A DNA stretch of 64,000 bases from Polyangiaceae bacterium (lineage in GTDB: Bacteria > Myxococcota_A > Polyangia > Polyangiales > Polyangiaceae). The position numbers and the translations under genes were made by a program. Under the pieces are notes generated by a model. That model saw only the letters and a list, made by a program, of their open reading frames with translations. It made no database searches and had not been told where the DNA came from. Shown one piece after another: positions 40,084 through 48,245 of this stretch (position 1 is the stretch's first letter; the number at the start of each line of letters is the position of its first letter). Where the stretch lies: positions 2,304,001-2,368,000 of the forward strand of contig CBDCTZ010000016.1 in assembly GCA_965222375.1 (NCBI GenBank), read 5' to 3'.

Positions 40084-40166
40084 GGAAGGTGAACTGGTCG
40101 AGGACCAGGACTGTTTCGAAAACAGATCGGACCGCAAGGTCTGGGGAGCGTGACCTCCACCTTCCT
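40084..40166 (+). tRNA. tRNA-Ser(CGA), 8/4 fold, atypical T-loop
   Basis: GGAAGGTG/CACCTTCC 8 bp, CTGGTC/GACCAG D-stem, CTGT-TTCGAAA-ACAG, long variable arm. Confidence 0.65.
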
Positions 40167-40172
40167 CCCTAT

Positions 40173-40247
40173 TGCACGGTAGCCAAGTGGAAAGGCACGC
40201 GGCTGTTAACCGCGGGACCGCAAGTTCGAATCTTGCCCGTGCAGCCA
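40173..40247 (+). tRNA. tRNA-Asn(GTT)
   Basis: TGCACGG/CCGTGCA-GCCA, CGCGG-CTGTTAA-CCGCG. Confidence 0.92.
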
Positions 40248-40265
40248 GTGACGCAAGTCACATCT

Positions 40266-40340
40266 ACGGGAATGGCGCAATTGGCAGCGCGCAGGGCTCT
40301 GAACCCTGAGATCCAGGTTCGAGTCCTGGCTCCCGTTCCA
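40266..40340 (+). tRNA. tRNA-Gln(CTG)
   Basis: ACGGGA/TCCCGT-TCCA, CAGGG-CTCTGAA-CCCTG. Confidence 0.88.
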
Positions 40341-40382
40341 ATGCAGGCCACTCGAATCGTACGGCGCGGTCTGTGTTCCTTC

Positions 40383-40470
40383 ACTCGAGTGGCGAAACGG
40401 AAAACGCAGCTGGCTCAGACCCAGTCGCTCCTTAGTGAGCTTGTGAGTTCGACTCTCACCTCGAGTACCA
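40383..40470 (+). tRNA. tRNA-Leu(CAG)
   Basis: ACTCGAG/CTCGAGT-ACCA, GCTGG-CTCAGAC-CCAGT, long variable arm. Confidence 0.92.
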
Positions 40471-40481
40471 ACACGCAGCAC

Positions 40482-40554
40482 GTCCCCATCGTCTAAACGG
40501 AAAGGACTCGAGGCTTTCAATCTCGCAATCGGGGTTCGATTCCCCGTGGGGACA
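40482..40554 (+). tRNA. tRNA-Glu(TTC)
   Basis: GTCCCCA/TGGGGAC, CGAGG-CTTTCAA-TCTCG; 3' end duplicated at 40573-40588. Confidence 0.9.
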
Positions 40555-40596
40555 CTAGAGATCGAGTTGCAGTTCCCCGTGGGGACACCCACATCT

Positions 40597-40667
40597 CGCT
40601 ACGACCCAAGGTGGACCAGGCTCTCATAAGGCCTCGGGACCCGGTGCGAATCCGGGCGTAGCGCCCA
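40597..40667 (+). tRNA. tRNA-Met/Ile2(CAT) with reduced D-arm
   Basis: CGCTACG/CGTAGCG-CCCA, AGGCT-CTCATAA-GGCCT, T-loop TGCGAAT. Confidence 0.7.
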
Positions 40668-40677
40668 CTGAATATTC

Positions 40678-40753
40678 GCGTCGGAAGCTAACCTGGTGGA
40701 AGCGCTGGTTTGAAAAACCGGAGGCGTTGGTTCGATCCCAACCCGACGCACCA
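40678..40753 (+). tRNA. tRNA-Phe(GAA)
   Basis: GCGTCGG/CCGACGC-ACCA, CTGGT-TTGAAAA-ACCGG. Confidence 0.9.
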
Positions 40754-40811
40754 AGCAGATGGCAGAGATCCTTGGGTGCGCCCCGAATGCGACCGCCATC
40801 CTGCGCAAGAT

Positions 40812-40887
40812 GTGGCCGCGGTGTGAGTAGTACGCACGGTAGGTTGTGGTCCTGCAGGTACGGGTGCAAATCCCGTCGGTCACCCCA
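40812..40887 (+). tRNA. tRNA-His(GTG), no encoded G-1
   Basis: GTGGCCG/CGGTCAC-CCCA, GTAGG-TTGTGGT-CCTGC, T-loop TGCAAAT. Confidence 0.8.
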
Positions 40888-40918
40888 ATGTTTTTCGCTG
40901 CGCGTGCCGCAGCAGTTT

Positions 40919-40992
40919 GGGACGGTCGTCCAATAGGAAGACGCTGGTGTCGCAAACCAGAGATCCGGGTGCGATTCCCGGCCGCTCCACCA
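40919..40992 (+). tRNA. tRNA-Ala(CGC)
   Basis: G3.U70 present, CTGGT-GTCGCAA-ACCAG, ACCA end. Confidence 0.8.
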
Positions 40993-40993
40993 T

Positions 40994-41062
40994 GGGTTCG
41001 AGGTCATAGAGACCAACCGGTTTCCAACTCCGGAGGACAGGGTGCAATTCCTTGCGGACCCG
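40994..41062 (+). tRNA. tRNA-Trp(CCA), atypical
   Basis: GGGTTCG/CGGACCC-G73, CCGGt-TTCCAAC-tCCGG, short D-arm. Confidence 0.65.
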
Positions 41063-41146
41063 CTACAGCTGTTTTCCACAACTTCGCCCACCCCGGGGTG
41101 GGACAATCTGTTCGGACGAGGCGTATTATTCGATTTCACGTCGAAT

Positions 41147-41230
41147 GGAAGCAGAATCGCCCATAGGGGCGAGCGTCGTTGCTAGCGACTGCGCACCGCA
41201 AGGTGTGGGGTGCGAGTCCTCCTGTTTCCG
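41147..41230 (+). tRNA. tRNA-Ser(GCT), 8/4 fold
   Basis: GGAAGCAG/CTGTTTCC 8 bp, TCGCCC-ATAG-GGGCGA D-arm, GTCG-TTGCTAG-CGAC, G73. Confidence 0.7.
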
Positions 41231-41334
41231 CTGCTGGTGAGCGCGCACGCCCGGGCGCGTCCGCGTTTGCTGGCCACTCTTCGGCCGCCCAAGGCGCATG
41301 CCTCCCCCATGCGGCGCCTTGGGCGTGCCCCTTT

Positions 41335-41405
41335 GCGACGGTCGTCCAATAGTAGGATCCGAGAGCGCCACTCTCGAGATGCGGGTGCGATTCCCGCTCG
41401 TCGCT
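41335..41405 (+). tRNA. tRNA-Gly(GCC)
   Basis: GCGACGG/TCGTCGC-U73, CGAGA-GCGCCAC-TCTCG. Confidence 0.8.
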
Positions 41406-41481
41406 CCGGTGTCCACCTGTCGGTGCATGTTCCTACGCCACGCAGCGCTGCGCGCGTTTTGTCTGGCGTATCGGTCTTCAT

Positions 41482-41590
41482 GTGTTCCGAGGATATCGAC
41501 CTGGTCGCGGGTTCGACTCCCGTCACGTTTTAGAGAAGCGTGTAGCTCAATGGTAGAGCAACGGACTGATACTCCGTCACCCCACAACAC
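41482..41590 (+). ncRNA. Circularly permuted tRNA-Ile(GAT)-like RNA (Y-like mimic 3)
   Basis: T-arm GCGGG-TTCGACT-CCCGT, closed acceptor CACGTTT-TAGAG-AAGCGTG, TA-GCTC-AATGGTA-GAGC, ACGGA-CTGATAC-TCCGT; GTGTT/AACAC ends. Confidence 0.75.
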
Positions 41591-42063
41591 TAACTGTAAG
41601 TGTTAACCCCAGGTCGGGCGGGTGGGACAGCCCCTTCGTTCGGGGTGTGTAGACGCGTGGCTGTGGGGTGCTTCGGTACTCCGCGGGCCGCGTGTTCCGC
41701 ACAAAACAGCGTTTCGGCGCCGCTCGCGAACGAAACCGGGCGCGCGCCCGAAACCCGTGCGCATTTGTGGCTTACGACTAGGACCATCGTTGCGGCGACC
41801 GTCCTAGCGACATCCACTCGTGCCCACGCGTTTCGCGCCGCACCCGGCCCGTGATGCTGCGTGCAGCGATCTGCGCGACGCGTGCTTTGCGAAGCGCGCG
41901 AGGCAAAGCCGCTCCACGTTCATCGGGAGGTCCCGCTCGCCAGGCCGCTATTTCGCGGTTGGGCTGGTGCTGACGGCACCAGAGTATGGGCCGACGCCGT
42001 AGCCTTGGTTGTGGCCTAGAGGCCGAATCCGTCGAACTCCGTTCGTGCTACTGTTTCGCCTGA

Positions 42064-42243
42064 ATGAGTGAGTCAACGCAGGCCCCAGATGCGAGCGACG
42101 CGATCGACGAGCGCGGTGTTGACCGCGTGCAGATCCGACGAATGCTTTCGTGGTCGCCTGAGCGGAGGCTTCAGTGGCTGCAGGAATTCATGGAGTCTGT
42201 GGCTGAAATTCGGCAGCTGAATGAAGACCGCAAGGTTTGCTGA
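42064..42243 (+). CDS. Small partner protein of the nucleotidyltransferase (59 aa)
   Basis: MSESTQ...GVDRVQIRRMLSWSPERRLQW...; overlaps the next gene; below the ORF-track cutoff. Confidence 0.6.
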   Translation: MSESTQAPDASDAIDERGVDRVQIRRMLSWSPERRLQWLQEFMESVAEIRQLNEDRKVC

Positions 42244-42706
42244 GCTACTGCGGGCGCTGGCAGCGGAGGACGTAGACGCCATTGTCGTCGGGCTGCTGTC
42301 TGGGGTCCTCCAGGGCGCACCGGTGACCACGGCGGATGTGGACATCGTGCATCGGCGCACACCGGAGAATGTCGAGCGCTTGCTTAAAGTGCTCGAGCGC
42401 GTCAATGCGTTCTACCGCCACGACCAACGGCGGCTCAGGCCGAAGGCGTCACACTTGTTGGGGCCGGGGCACCAGTTGCTCGAAACTGACTTTGGCGATC
42501 TCGATTGCCTTGGTGAGATAGATGGCGGCCGGAGCTTTGAAGACTTGGAGCCACACGCCACGCGGCTAGCTCTGGGCAAGGACTTGACGGTTCTTGCGCT
42601 GAACCTCAGTGAGCTGGTCGAAGTGAAGCGCAGAGCCGGGCGCCCCAAGGATCTCGCGGTGTTGCCGGTGCTCGAAGCGACCCTCGCCGAAACTGAGAAG
42701 CGCTGA
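42221..42706 (+). CDS. Minimal nucleotidyltransferase-like protein
   Basis: VVG...QG...TADVDI, DLD, KRRAGRPKD. Confidence 0.8.
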   Translation: MKTARFAELLRALAAEDVDAIVVGLLSGVLQGAPVTTADVDIVHRRTPENVERLLKVLERVNAFYRHDQRRLRPKASHLLGPGHQLLETDFGDLDCLGEIDGGRSFEDLEPHATRLALGKDLTVLALNLSELVEVKRRAGRPKDLAVLPVLEATLAETEKR

Positions 42707-42959
42707 GCCGACCGCTGCTCTCGAGTGTCGTGGGCGGCTGCGAGTCGCGCCGACGCGCGGGTGGTCATGAGCCGACGCCGTGCGGCGAGCCCTGCACTCT
42801 GGTGTGGCAGCACGCGCTTGCCGAGCGACCCGCGCTCCGACCCATCCTTTTTCGCGCGCTCTGCAGGGAGCGCCAAATACGACTCAAACCAAACCAAACA
42901 ACAAGTCGAAGACATCTGTCTTCCCGCGTGCCGGCGGATCCGGTTGGAGGCCTTGAGCC

Positions 42960-44066
42960 ATGATCAAAGTATTCAATGTAGGACTCAATGAACGAGTGGT
43001 GGTCTTCAAGGATGGACTGCCCCTTCGCGCGCTCGGTCCGGGCCGTCACACGGTGTGGGGTACGCGACTGATGGATCTGCGCTGGAACACGACTGAGATC
43101 CTGTTTCAGGCAGCGCCGGAAGTGCGCGGCCTGATGCCGACGGATTGGTTCGCCGAGGCACACCTCAGCGCTCTCGAGCGCGGTGTGATTTTCAAGGACG
43201 ACGTTCCCGTCGCGTTTCTGCGTCCGGGTGTACACCGTTTCTGGACGGTGGACCCGTCGGTGCGTCTCACGGTTTTTCGTGTGGATGAGCCGATGCCGGA
43301 GCTGACGGACGAGCTGGTGCGCGTACTGCCCAAGGGCGAGTACGTGGTGACGACTGTCATCGCGCACCAGCGCGGCCTGAAGTTCGTGCGCGGTGAGCTG
43401 ACGGAAATTCTGCCGCCGGGTCGCTACGCGATGTGGTCGTACCCGGGTGCCGAAGTGGCACTGCAGACCGTCGACATGCGCACCGAGCAGGTTGCCCTCG
43501 TGGGCCAGGAGCTGATGACCCGTGACAAGGTCACGCTGCGCCTGAGCCTGACGGTGGAATACGCCATCGCCGACCCGGCACGTGTCGTGACGGGTGTGGC
43601 GAACGTCAAGGACGCCGTCTACCTGCTGGTGCAGCTTGCTGCGCGTCAGTTCGTCTCGGGCGTGACTCTCGATGAGCTGCTGGAAGGTCGCGACGCCATG
43701 ACTCGTTTCCTCGAAGAGGATGCGATGCCCAAGGCGGCCACCTTTGGTGTGCGTATCGAGCGCGTCGGTGTCAAGGACGTGGTTCTGCCGGGTGAAATGA
43801 AGACCCTGCTGAACCGCGTGATCGAGGCCGAGAAGGAAGCGGCCGCGAACGTGATCCTCCGTCGTGAGGAAACGGCCGCGACGCGATCCCTGGCCAACAC
43901 CGCACGTGTCATGTCGGATCAGCCGATGCTGCTCCGTCTGAAGGAGCTCGAGAGCTTCAAGGAAATCGCGGGAAACATCCAGGAGGTGCGTCTCGTGGTG
44001 GGTGCCGACTCGCTCAAGGCACTGCTTCCGGCCGACATGCTCGGCAAGGCTTCCAATGGGAACTAA
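42960..44066 (+). CDS. SPFH/band-7 (slipin-type) protein
   Basis: Repeated ERG/PGxH N-terminal motifs, QELMTRDKVTLRL, VKDVVLPG, RREETAATRSLANTA. Confidence 0.9.
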   Translation: MIKVFNVGLNERVVVFKDGLPLRALGPGRHTVWGTRLMDLRWNTTEILFQAAPEVRGLMPTDWFAEAHLSALERGVIFKDDVPVAFLRPGVHRFWTVDPSVRLTVFRVDEPMPELTDELVRVLPKGEYVVTTVIAHQRGLKFVRGELTEILPPGRYAMWSYPGAEVALQTVDMRTEQVALVGQELMTRDKVTLRLSLTVEYAIADPARVVTGVANVKDAVYLLVQLAARQFVSGVTLDELLEGRDAMTRFLEEDAMPKAATFGVRIERVGVKDVVLPGEMKTLLNRVIEAEKEAAANVILRREETAATRSLANTARVMSDQPMLLRLKELESFKEIAGNIQEVRLVVGADSLKALLPADMLGKASNGN

Positions 44067-44096
44067 AGCGCAAGCTTCCCATGGGAGCTAGAGCGT

Positions 44097-44145
44097 CGAT
44101 GCCCCGCCCCTAGAAGGACCGGGGGGTGGGGGCATCGGTTTTTTT
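44097..44145 (+). terminator. Rho-independent terminator after slipin
   Basis: CGATGCCCCGCCCC...GGGGTGGGGGCATCG followed by a T-run. Confidence 0.7.
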
Positions 44146-44330
44146 CGCGTGGCGAAACGCGCACGCAGACCTGTTTCCGCGCGTGCGAACACACGCGGTG
44201 CTTCTCGTCGCATGGGTTGTTGATAAGTCCGACTAGTGAGTTGCAGTGCAGCGTTGCACCCACGCAACTGCCGGTAGACAATCGTCGTTCTCGAGAAGAC
44301 GATGGCGCCTAGCGATAAGGACTCGGCCTA

Positions 44331-45527
44331 GTGGCACTGGTTCGCCGGATGCAACCCAGTCGCTGGTTCGCTGTGCCAGCGTTTGCGGCGGCCCCGCTCT
44401 TTGCTGCGTTTGCCCTGCCAGCATTCCGCTCGAGCGTGATCGCCGGGTCCATGCTCACGGCGCTGATGGTGATGGCTATCGTTGCGGGTTTCGCGATTCG
44501 ACGCCGCGCCACCAAGGAGCGCCAGGCTGACTACCAGGTCGACAATGCCGGAGTCCACATCGCGGGCGAGCAGGTGGTCGACCGCCGCCGCATCGTCAAC
44601 GCGCAGTTCGTTCCGCGCACGAGCCGAAAGCCTGATTTTGTCCGCCTCGATGATCGCGATCGGTATCGCACCGAGTTGGAAGTGGCAGACCAAGACGAGG
44701 GAGCAGCGATTCTCGCCACGCTCGGCTACGCACCGACTCACCACGCGTTCGTCCAACGCTGCATCGCTCCGTACTCGGGGCCCTTTGGGCGGTTCAGTCT
44801 GGCTCTGTTTGCCGTCGCTGGCCTCGGCTTGGCACTGGCGCTGTTGCTGAGTGCGCCGGCGTTCTTGTTCGTGATCCCGTTCGCCATCCTGGCTCAGGTG
44901 GTGATGGCGTTTGCCACGAAAGTGGAGGTGGGGGCCGAGGGGCTGCGGTTGTTCTCCCCGGTGACGCAGCAATTCTTCTCCTACGACGAGGTAGCGGCCG
45001 TCGGACCTTCCACCCGCGGGGTACGCGTCGCGCTAAGGAAAGGCTCTGTCGAAATCCCGCTGACGCCGAGCATCACTCTCGCCCACGAGCACGAGCGGGT
45101 GCGGCAAGCGGAATTGATCGCGCGCATGCGTGCCGCCCTCGAAGCCTACCGCGGCGCCGATCCGACCGCTCTCACCGGTCGCCTGCAGCGACGCGGCCGA
45201 AACGCGGAGCAATGGAGCGCAGCGCTCAAGGAGCTGGGGCGCGACTATCGCCAAGCGGCGATCACAGATGAGGCGCTGTTGGCCGTTGCCCAAAGCCCCG
45301 CCGCCGAACCCTCTGCCCGCGGCGGCGCCGCCGCCTTGCTCGCCGACAGCAACAACGAGGTGAAGCAGCGTCTCCGCGTCGCTGCCGAAGCCTGCGCCAG
45401 TCCCAAGCTGCGCGTCGTTCTCGATCGTGCTGCCACAGGCGACGCCGACGCCACGCTGGAGCTCGCCGCCGAGCTCGAAGAGACCGAAAACGACCTCGAC
45501 GCAGCGGACACCACGTCCTCGAGCTAA
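44331..45527 (+). CDS. Hypothetical membrane protein (two TM-pair + soluble modules)
   Basis: 398-aa ORF with two hydrophobic hairpins. Confidence 0.6.
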   Translation: MALVRRMQPSRWFAVPAFAAAPLFAAFALPAFRSSVIAGSMLTALMVMAIVAGFAIRRRATKERQADYQVDNAGVHIAGEQVVDRRRIVNAQFVPRTSRKPDFVRLDDRDRYRTELEVADQDEGAAILATLGYAPTHHAFVQRCIAPYSGPFGRFSLALFAVAGLGLALALLLSAPAFLFVIPFAILAQVVMAFATKVEVGAEGLRLFSPVTQQFFSYDEVAAVGPSTRGVRVALRKGSVEIPLTPSITLAHEHERVRQAELIARMRAALEAYRGADPTALTGRLQRRGRNAEQWSAALKELGRDYRQAAITDEALLAVAQSPAAEPSARGGAAALLADSNNEVKQRLRVAAEACASPKLRVVLDRAATGDADATLELAAELEETENDLDAADTTSSS

Positions 45528-45622
45528 GAGGCCAACGGCTAGCCAGGCGCAATGTAAGCGAACGCCTACATTGCAAATCGTAGGCGATCGCTTACAATTC
45601 GGGGTGAAGGCGAGCGCCTACT

Positions 45623-45901
45623 ATGAGTCCAATTGTACGTACTCCCAGGGATTTCGGTGCGCTCGTGCGCGATCGACGGCGTGCTCACGGCATGAGCCAA
45701 CGGGCGCTAGCCAACGCGATCGGCGCTAGCCGATGGTGGGTCAACGAGGTTGAGCGAGGCAAACCCCGGGCGGAGCTGTCGCTGGTACTCCGGGCGCTCG
45801 AGACGCTCGGAGTCCGACTCATTGCAGAGACGCAGGAGCCGGGCGGAACGAGCGCGATCGACGCCATCGTTGACGATGCTCGGGGAAAAACAAGTGAGTG
45901 A
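45623..45901 (+). CDS. hipB: HipB-like HTH antitoxin
   Basis: GMSQRALANAIGASRWWVNEVERGKP; overlaps hipA. Confidence 0.85.
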   Translation: MSPIVRTPRDFGALVRDRRRAHGMSQRALANAIGASRWWVNEVERGKPRAELSLVLRALETLGVRLIAETQEPGGTSAIDAIVDDARGKTSE

Positions 45902-47165
45902 CGAACTGCACGTCTACCTGGCGACCGAGCATGTCGGACAGCTGAGCCGGACGCGGAGTGGGCGCGCAGAGTTCACCTACGACGCGGACTGGCAGTCACG
46001 AGCGGATGCTCATCCGTTGTCTCTGTCCATGCCGCTGGCTGCGCGTCAGCACGGACCGTCTGTCGTGGAACCGTACCTCTGGGGCTTGTTACCTGACAAC
46101 GAACTCATTCTGGATGCGTGGGCGCGTCGATTCCACGTTTCGGCGCGCAACGCGCTCGCCTTGCTGGCCCACGTCGGTGCTGACTGTCCAGGCGCTGTTC
46201 GCCTTGTCCGATCGAAAGCGTCCAAGAAGGATCCCAGCAAGATTGAATGGCTCGATTCAGTCGAGATCGCCGAGCGGCTACGCCGGCTCAGGAAGGACAT
46301 CTCTGCTTGGCGCATACCCTCGGATACGGGTCAGTTCAGCCTCGCCGGTGCCCAACCGAAGACAGCCCTGTGCTTCGACGGCAAGCGATGGGGACTCCCT
46401 TCGGGAAGCACGCCAACCACGCATATCTTGAAACCAGGCGTCTTGGCCCTGGACGGATCGGCGTACAATGAGCACTTTTGTTTGAACCTGGCGCGTGAGC
46501 TGGGCTTGCCTGCTGCCGCGTCGACGATCGAGCGCTTCGAGGACGAAATCGCAATCGTAGTCGCGCGCTACGACCGCCGCGCCGACGATCACGGAGTGCA
46601 GCGCATCCACCAGGAAGACCTGTGTCAGGCCTTGGGCGTGCACCCAGCGCGAAAATATCAAAATGAAGGCGGCCCGGGCCCCCGGGCAATTGCCCAGTTG
46701 CTGCGCGAAGCGTCGACTCAACCCGCTGAAGACATCGGGACCTTCCTTTCTGCGCTGGCGCTCAATTGGCTCATTGCTGGGACGGATGCCCACGCCAAGA
46801 ACTACTCGCTGTTGATTGGCGTGCAGGGGCGCAGCCGGTTGGCACCGCTATACGACATCGCCAGCGCGCTCCCCTACCCAGACATGCCAGCGCAGAAGCT
46901 GAAGCTCGCGATGAAGATCGGTGGCAAGTACCGGTTGCGAGACATCGGCCGATACGAGTGGGAGAAGCTTGGCCAGGAGCTGGGGCTAGCAGCTGAGCAC
47001 GTGCTGTCCGTGGCCTGCCAGCTCGCGCGGCAGCTTCCGGACGCGAGCAGCACCGTGCTCAGTCGAATGGGCAGCGAAGGAGCGGAGCACGCAATCCTAC
47101 CCGAGCTGCATGCTGCCCTCGTGGGGCGCAGCATGAAGTGCGTACGGCTGCTCGGCACGGCGTGA
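45894..47165 (+). CDS. hipA: HipA-family kinase toxin
   Basis: LSLSMP, LLPDN, SLAGAQPK, THILKP, NEHFC, HQED, TDAHAKNYS, APLYDI. Confidence 0.93.
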   Translation: MSDELHVYLATEHVGQLSRTRSGRAEFTYDADWQSRADAHPLSLSMPLAARQHGPSVVEPYLWGLLPDNELILDAWARRFHVSARNALALLAHVGADCPGAVRLVRSKASKKDPSKIEWLDSVEIAERLRRLRKDISAWRIPSDTGQFSLAGAQPKTALCFDGKRWGLPSGSTPTTHILKPGVLALDGSAYNEHFCLNLARELGLPAAASTIERFEDEIAIVVARYDRRADDHGVQRIHQEDLCQALGVHPARKYQNEGGPGPRAIAQLLREASTQPAEDIGTFLSALALNWLIAGTDAHAKNYSLLIGVQGRSRLAPLYDIASALPYPDMPAQKLKLAMKIGGKYRLRDIGRYEWEKLGQELGLAAEHVLSVACQLARQLPDASSTVLSRMGSEGAEHAILPELHAALVGRSMKCVRLLGTA

Positions 47166-47174
47166 GCGCCGCAA

Positions 47175-47530
47175 GCGAACGTGATCCTCCGTCGTGAGGA
47201 AACGGCCGCGACGCGATCGCTCGCCAACACCGCACGTGTCATGACGGATCAGCCGATGCTGCTCCGACTGAAGGAGCTCGAGAGCTTCGAGGAAATCGCG
47301 GGAAACATTCAGGAGGTGCGTCTCGTGGTGGGTGCCGACTCGCTCGAGGCACTGCTTCCGGCCGACATGCTCGGCAAGGCTTCCAATGGAGACTAGAGCG
47401 TCGATGCCCCGCCCCTAAAAGGACCGGGGGGCGGGGGCATCGGTTTTCCGCTTGCGCGCAAACGTAGGCAGCAGCTTGTTTCCGCGCGTGCAAGAGCACG
47501 CGGTGCTTCTCGTCGCATGGGTTGTTGATG
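47175..47530 (+). repeat. Second copy of the slipin 3' end, terminator and downstream REP-like sequence
   Basis: Near-identical to about 43845-44225. Confidence 0.92.
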
Positions 47531-47630
47531 AATCGGCGGTGCAAGCAACCCCGCCTCCCAAACGATTTTCGCTGCGGCGCCCTTCGTCCCAGCCTCGCCT
47601 CGCTGGGCGTTCTTGCACCTCGCTGCGTCT

Positions 47631-48245
47631 CTAGCGTTTTCCCGGAAGCTTCATCCGGCCGCGGCTTGGGAGTTCACAGCCCGCCTCGAGATTGCACTTC
47701 TGTGATTCGCATTCGTTGTCGTGAGCGCAGAGCTGGCGATCAGGGCGCGAGCAGTCGCTGGAACATCGCGCTTGTTGACGTCCCAGGGGCAGTTTCTCAA
47801 AGCAGCACCTCAGTCCAGGCGCACAGTCTGCTGTCTCGTCACACGCAAAGTCCCAACCGGCGTCGGGACAGCCGTCGTGACGATCCACGCAGAACTTGTC
47901 GTGCTCCACATGACAACAGAACTGATCGGACGTGGAGCAGTCCAGATCGCCGCAACGGATCTTCCCGGGCCCAGACGTCCGGTATCGCGGTGGCCGGTAT
48001 GGCATCGTGATGGCGCCGACGTCCGAGACGCTCCCGGATTCAGCTTGAGGCGGAGTGCGGGTTGTCGGTCGGGCTGTGGGCGGTAGCGGTGCGCTCCGGG
48101 GGTATCCAGCTTGTGCCGTTCGACGTGCAGGCGTATCTTCCTTTCTAGCCGGATCAAACAACAGGAGGGCAAGCCATGCGAGCAGTGCGCACACCAGCAC
48201 AACCAGCGCAAATCTCAAGAGGAGCTTTGTTTCGGGTAGCTGCAC
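47631..48245 (-). CDS. Membrane-anchored Cys-rich hypothetical protein
   Basis: TM helix, Pro linker, CGDLDC..FCC..CDETADC..CC; start uncertain. Confidence 0.5.
   Translation of the reverse strand: MQLPETKLLLRFALVVLVCALLAWLALLLFDPARKEDTPARRTAQAGYPRSAPLPPTARPTTRTPPQAESGSVSDVGAITMPYRPPRYRTSGPGKIRCGDLDCSTSDQFCCHVEHDKFCVDRHDGCPDAGWDFACDETADCAPGLRCCFEKLPLGRQQARCSSDCSRPDRQLCAHDNECESQKCNLEAGCELPSRGRMKLPGKR

Noticed and set aside
40084..41230. tRNA-Sec
   Set aside because: D-arms are Sec-like but the anticodons are CGA and GCT, not TCA, and the T-stems are 4 bp
39186..41854. ORFs in the tRNA array
   Set aside because: They overlap well-formed tRNAs and repeats and have no recognisable motifs
32696..44145. 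Prophage or integrative element as the origin of the tRNA array
   Set aside because: No phage structural, replication, conjugation or integrase genes are seen in or next to the locus
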